From positions 147,443 to 211,442 of the forward strand of contig JAXMBI010000009.1 in the NCBI GenBank assembly GCA_046349955.1: a stretch of DNA of 64,000 nucleotides. The letters run 5' to 3'. Under the pieces are notes generated by a model that saw nothing but the letters and a program-made list of their open reading frames with translations, ran no database searches and was not told the DNA's origin. This document shows, piece after piece, positions 60,969-64,000 of the stretch; the stretch's first letter is position 1; each line of letters begins with the position of its first letter. The translations under genes were made by a program, and so were the position numbers. This DNA comes from Pirellulales bacterium. GTDB taxonomy: Bacteria > Planctomycetota > Planctomycetia > Pirellulales > JBGAPH01.

Positions 60969-61627
60969 GCGGCCCCCCTCGAGGCGTCGCCTTGAATGGC
61001 CAACTCGCCGACTGTCGCGGGAGCATAGGTCTTCTCCGGCGTGAAGATCTCATGCTTGCCCAGATGGGCGAAGAGCGTGCCCTTCTCACTGAAGGCGGAA
61101 GACTGAGTGAGCGTGGCCAGGCGGAAGTCGCGCCGCTGGAACTTGCCTTTGCCCAGATATCCCCACTCGGCAAACGTAATCGGTTGGTTGTCGTGGGTAC
61201 GCATCGTCAGAGCGTCGCCATGCACCAGGTTTTGTGCGAGCACGTAGGCGGCCGCGCGATAGAGCTCATCCGAAACGGTGAGCTTCAAGTAATCGGCCAG
61301 CACGTCCAACATGTTGGCCCGGCACTCCGCGATGTTGTCGTCCAGCAGCTCGATTCCGTAGGTACACATGAGCGCCAGTAGCGCGTAGTGGCGGCGTTCG
61401 AACTCGGACTTGCCGAACTTGAACTCGACGGCCGCCAACTTCCGCTGCAGAATGCGGACGAGAAAGTTGCCGCTCCCGCACGCAGGCTCCAAGAAACGCG
61501 AATCGATCCGCTCCGTTTCGTCCTTCACCAGGTCGAGCATCGCCTCGACCAGCCACGCCGGAGTGAAGACCTCACCGTGGTCGGCCACACGTTGTTTGGA
61601 CTTAACGTAGTTCATGGTCCGGTGCAT
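60965..61627 (-). CDS. N6A-MTase-like protein lacking the catalytic (N/D)PP(Y/F/W) motif
   Basis: 220 aa. Motif X HGEVFTPAWLV, motif I RFLEPACGSGNFL, motif II/III-like YGIELLDDN, and a pre-motif-IV LVHGDAL. No NPPY or DPPY is present anywhere. Alternative ATG at 61615 (MNYVKSK). Confidence 0.7.
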   Translation of the reverse strand: MHRTMNYVKSKQRVADHGEVFTPAWLVEAMLDLVKDETERIDSRFLEPACGSGNFLVRILQRKLAAVEFKFGKSEFERRHYALLALMCTYGIELLDDNIAECRANMLDVLADYLKLTVSDELYRAAAYVLAQNLVHGDALTMRTHDNQPITFAEWGYLGKGKFQRRDFRLATLTQSSAFSEKGTLFAHLGKHEIFTPEKTYAPATVGELAIQGDASRGAA

Positions 61628-61702
61628 TCCGTAGGGTGTGCTTCCTGCGCAGCTTCACTTTACGGCAACCCGCGCAGGAGAGCAACGCAGCAGCGGCATT
61701 CC

Positions 61703-61785
61703 GGCGTTGGGTCCATGGGCTCGCGCCGCCTGGCTAACTTCGGAGCGCCCCTGCCGGGGCTGCACAGGCTGGAAGCCTGTGCCAC
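61703..61785 (+). repeat. 83-bp direct repeat, copy 1 (REP-containing)
   Basis: GGCGTTGGGTCCATGGGCTCGCGCCGCCTGGCTAACTTCGGAGCGCCCCTGCCGGGGCTGCACAGGCTGGAAGCCTGTGCCAC. A partial inverted copy (GTGGCACAGCGTTCCAGCCTGTGCAGCCGGCAGG) lies at 61903-61936, giving a REPIN-like doublet. Confidence 0.85.
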
Positions 61786-62168
61786 TGGTTGCGGCGCACG
61801 GAGTGTGCCTAGTACGTAGCCGGCACACTCCGTGTGCCGAATGCCTGGAGCGGCGCTTGCTGGGCGCGGGCGGCCATGATTGCGCGTTCGCGCCGCATTC
61901 TCGTGGCACAGCGTTCCAGCCTGTGCAGCCGGCAGGTTCTGTCTGCCGTTAGGCAGAACTCGAAACTGGCCCCACGTTTCAACGTGGGGTGGCCATGCCC
62001 TCGCGAGTCCTCTTTTCATTGCGTGCCGGCTGGCAAGTAGCGAGCCGGGGGTGCCTCGCGAGCGACCCCGCAGTGAACTGCGGGGCTATTCCCGGTCGTC
62101 GCTGCCGCGACTCGGGCCGCCGCCGCGAGTGATTCTGTCGCCCCCTTGGGGCTTTCATGTGGTCGTTC

Positions 62169-62251
62169 GGCGTTGGGTCCAGGGGCTTGCGCCGCCTGGC
62201 TAACTTCTTAGCGCCCCTGTCGGGGCTGCACAGGCTGGAAGCCTGTGCCAC
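62169..62251 (+). repeat. 83-bp direct repeat, copy 2
   Basis: GGCGTTGGGTCCAGGGGCTTGCGCCGCCTGGCTAACTTCTTAGCGCCCCTGTCGGGGCTGCACAGGCTGGAAGCCTGTGCCAC, roughly 90% identical to copy 1 and 466 bp downstream. It is preceded by CTGTCGCCCCCTTGGGGCTTTCA (62135-62157), which is like the RAYT-flanking REP. Confidence 0.85.
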
Positions 62252-62891
62252 GAATCAACGATCTGTGGCGCTTCGGCATACTGCTCTCGGAGAGAGCAGG
62301 CTACGTCGCGCAGGCTCTTCCGGCCCACCAATCCCCCTTGAATCCCCGCTACCCACGGGTTTACCCCGGAAAATGTCGCGCTGTTGTTTCTCGACGCGGC
62401 GCGGGCTTATCTGCCGGCTGCCGAAGGCCTTCGCGCCGAAATCGCTTCCGCGTGTTGCACCACACTCGCGCCAAAACACGGTTATTTTGTGATCTGGCTT
62501 GACTGGGGGGCAGTGCGGCCGCTGGCCGCGCGAGCGGTGCTAGCCCACACGAAAGCGGGCCGCGGGTTGGCTCTGCGATTCGTCTCGCGGGGCGTGCGGC
62601 CGGACGCGTATCTTGAACGCATACTCCGGCACGCCAACCAGTTACTATTGCGGGACTCGCCGCACACGGTCTGCGGTTTTCAAGCCCACGCCGCGGGCGC
62701 CGAGTAGGAGCACGGAAAGTTATAGTTGGCACTGCGAGGAACCACACGACCTCGAAGCAAAGCCTTTGCCAGGTTTTGCTCGGCGTCCGCGCGGGGCCCG
62801 CAAACCGGTTTTCACTGCGGCGAAAACAGGGTCGAAAAACACTTTCCGTGCAGCCGTTTTTCCAGCTTTTCGCTCGACTCGGAGCGGCAGG

Positions 62892-64000
62892 CTACTTGGC
62901 CGCCGCGGGCACCGGGAACTGCTTGCAGAGTTCCGAGACTTCGCCACGAATGCGCCCCAGCACTGCTTCGTCGGTCGGCGCTTTGAGGGCTGCGAGAATC
63001 CAGCCGCCGATGGTTTTCATCTCGGCCGTGCCCATGCCGCGGGTGGTGAGCGCGGGGGTGCCGATGCGGATGCCGGAGGGGTCCATCGGCTTGCGTTCGT
63101 CGTAGGGGATCATGTTCTTGTTGACGGTGATCCCGCAGTGGTCGAGCGAGTGCTCGGCCTGCTTGCCGCCCAGCCCCACGGTGGTCACGTCGACCAGCAT
63201 CAGGTGGTTCTCGGTGCCGCCGCTCACGAGGCGCACGCCGCCGGCCATCAGCGTTTCGGCCAGGGCCTTGGCGTTATCGAGGATGTTTTGGGCATACTGC
63301 TTGAAGTCGGGCCGCAGCGCCTCGGCGAAGCAGATCGCCTTGCCGGCCACCACGTGCATCAGCGGCCCGCCTTGAATGCCGGGGAACACGTTGCGGTCGA
63401 GATCCTGGGCATACTCCTGCCGGCACATCGCCAAGCCGGAGCGCGGGCCGCGGAGCGTTTTGTGCGTGGTGCTGGTCACAAAGTCGGCGACCGGCACCGG
63501 GTTGTCGTGCAGGCCGGCGGCCACCAGGCCGGCGTAATGGGCCATGTCAACGAACAGCTTCGCGCCCACCTCGCGGGCAATCTCGGCGAAGCGGCCGTGC
63601 TTGATCTCGCGCGGGTAGGCGCTCGCGCCGGCCACGATCAGCTTCGGCTTGTGCTCGCGGGCCAGCTTCACCACTTGATCGAAGTCGATGCGGTTGGTGT
63701 CGCGGGTGACGCCGTAACTCAGGAAGTGGTAGAGCTTGCCGGAGATGTTCAGCTTCATGCCGTGCGTTAGGTGGCCGCCGTGGGCCAGGTCGAGTCCCAG
63801 CACGGTGTCGCCCGGTTGAATGGCCGTGAGATAGACGGCCATATTGGCCTGGCTGCCGGCATGCGGCTGCACGTTGGCGTGCTCGGCGCCAAAGAGCTGC
63901 TTGGCGCGGTCGCGGGCCAGGGTTTCGACCACGTCGACGTGCTCGCAGCCGCCATAGTAGCGGCGGCCGGGATAGCCTTCGGCATACTTGTTCGTGAGCA
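62892..64000 (-). CDS. glyA: Serine hydroxymethyltransferase (N-terminus beyond right edge)
   Basis: ...[52 protein letters not shown]...[14 protein letters not shown]... The frame stays open to nt 64000, so the track start at 63932 is internal. Confidence 0.95.
   Translation of the reverse strand, partial: LTNKYAEGYPGRRYYGGCEHVDVVETLARDRAKQLFGAEHANVQPHAGSQANMAVYLTAIQPGDTVLGLDLAHGGHLTHGMKLNISGKLYHFLSYGVTRDTNRIDFDQVVKLAREHKPKLIVAGASAYPREIKHGRFAEIAREVGAKLFVDMAHYAGLVAAGLHDNPVPVADFVTSTTHKTLRGPRSGLAMCRQEYAQDLDRNVFPGIQGGPLMHVVAGKAICFAEALRPDFKQYAQNILDNAKALAETLMAGGVRLVSGGTENHLMLVDVTTVGLGGKQAEHSLDHCGITVNKNMIPYDERKPMDPSGIRIGTPALTTRGMGTAEMKTIGGWILAALKAPTDEAVLGRIRGEVSELCKQFPVPAAAK

Overview
High-GC segment (about 65-70% by eye, not computed) that looks like a planctomycete chromosome. 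The basis is three DUF1501 paralogues, a TIGR03000-domain Gly/Ser/Trp-rich protein, PEP-CTERM and cadherin-repeat exported proteins, an LEPR-type N-terminus and a beta-RFAP synthase (H4MPT pathway) gene. I support about 47 CDS. Core metabolism includes gltB-gltD behind a LysR regulator, nadB, acs, glyA (partial) and pcm. Envelope and transport genes include pqiA/pqiB-like, a MATE pump, an S41 protease and a three-gene polysaccharide cluster, plus many planctomycete-type secreted proteins. I found no rRNA, tRNA or CRISPR array. Many long ORFs in the track are antisense or out-of-frame shadows typical of high-GC DNA, for example the 1489-aa ORF opposite gltB. One real gene, at 1-1097 on the minus strand, is missing from the track because it runs off the window edge. 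There are two accessory spots. (1) At 48.6-51.1 kb, an IS200-like/RAYT transposase flanked by inverted REP hairpins sits next to a frameshifted IS110-family transposase. Both are wedged between two convergent genes that each end in the same 24-nt stem-loop element. (2) At 56.3-62.3 kb, a visibly lower-GC island is bracketed by REP-type repeats. It holds the relic of a DNA methyltransferase gene and a tightly coupled three-gene cassette: an MTase-like pseudo-enzyme, an Eco57I-type N6A MTase with a specificity domain, and a GIY-YIG/T5orf172-like domain fused to an SF2 helicase. This cassette is my best candidate for an undescribed restriction or defence system. Other structures worth a second look are a 134-bp tandem array of long hairpins upstream of pqiA, a large composite palindrome at 35.4-35.7 kb, and an orphan minus-strand intrinsic terminator at 24.2 kb. 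All family calls come from motif recognition by eye; no searches were run.
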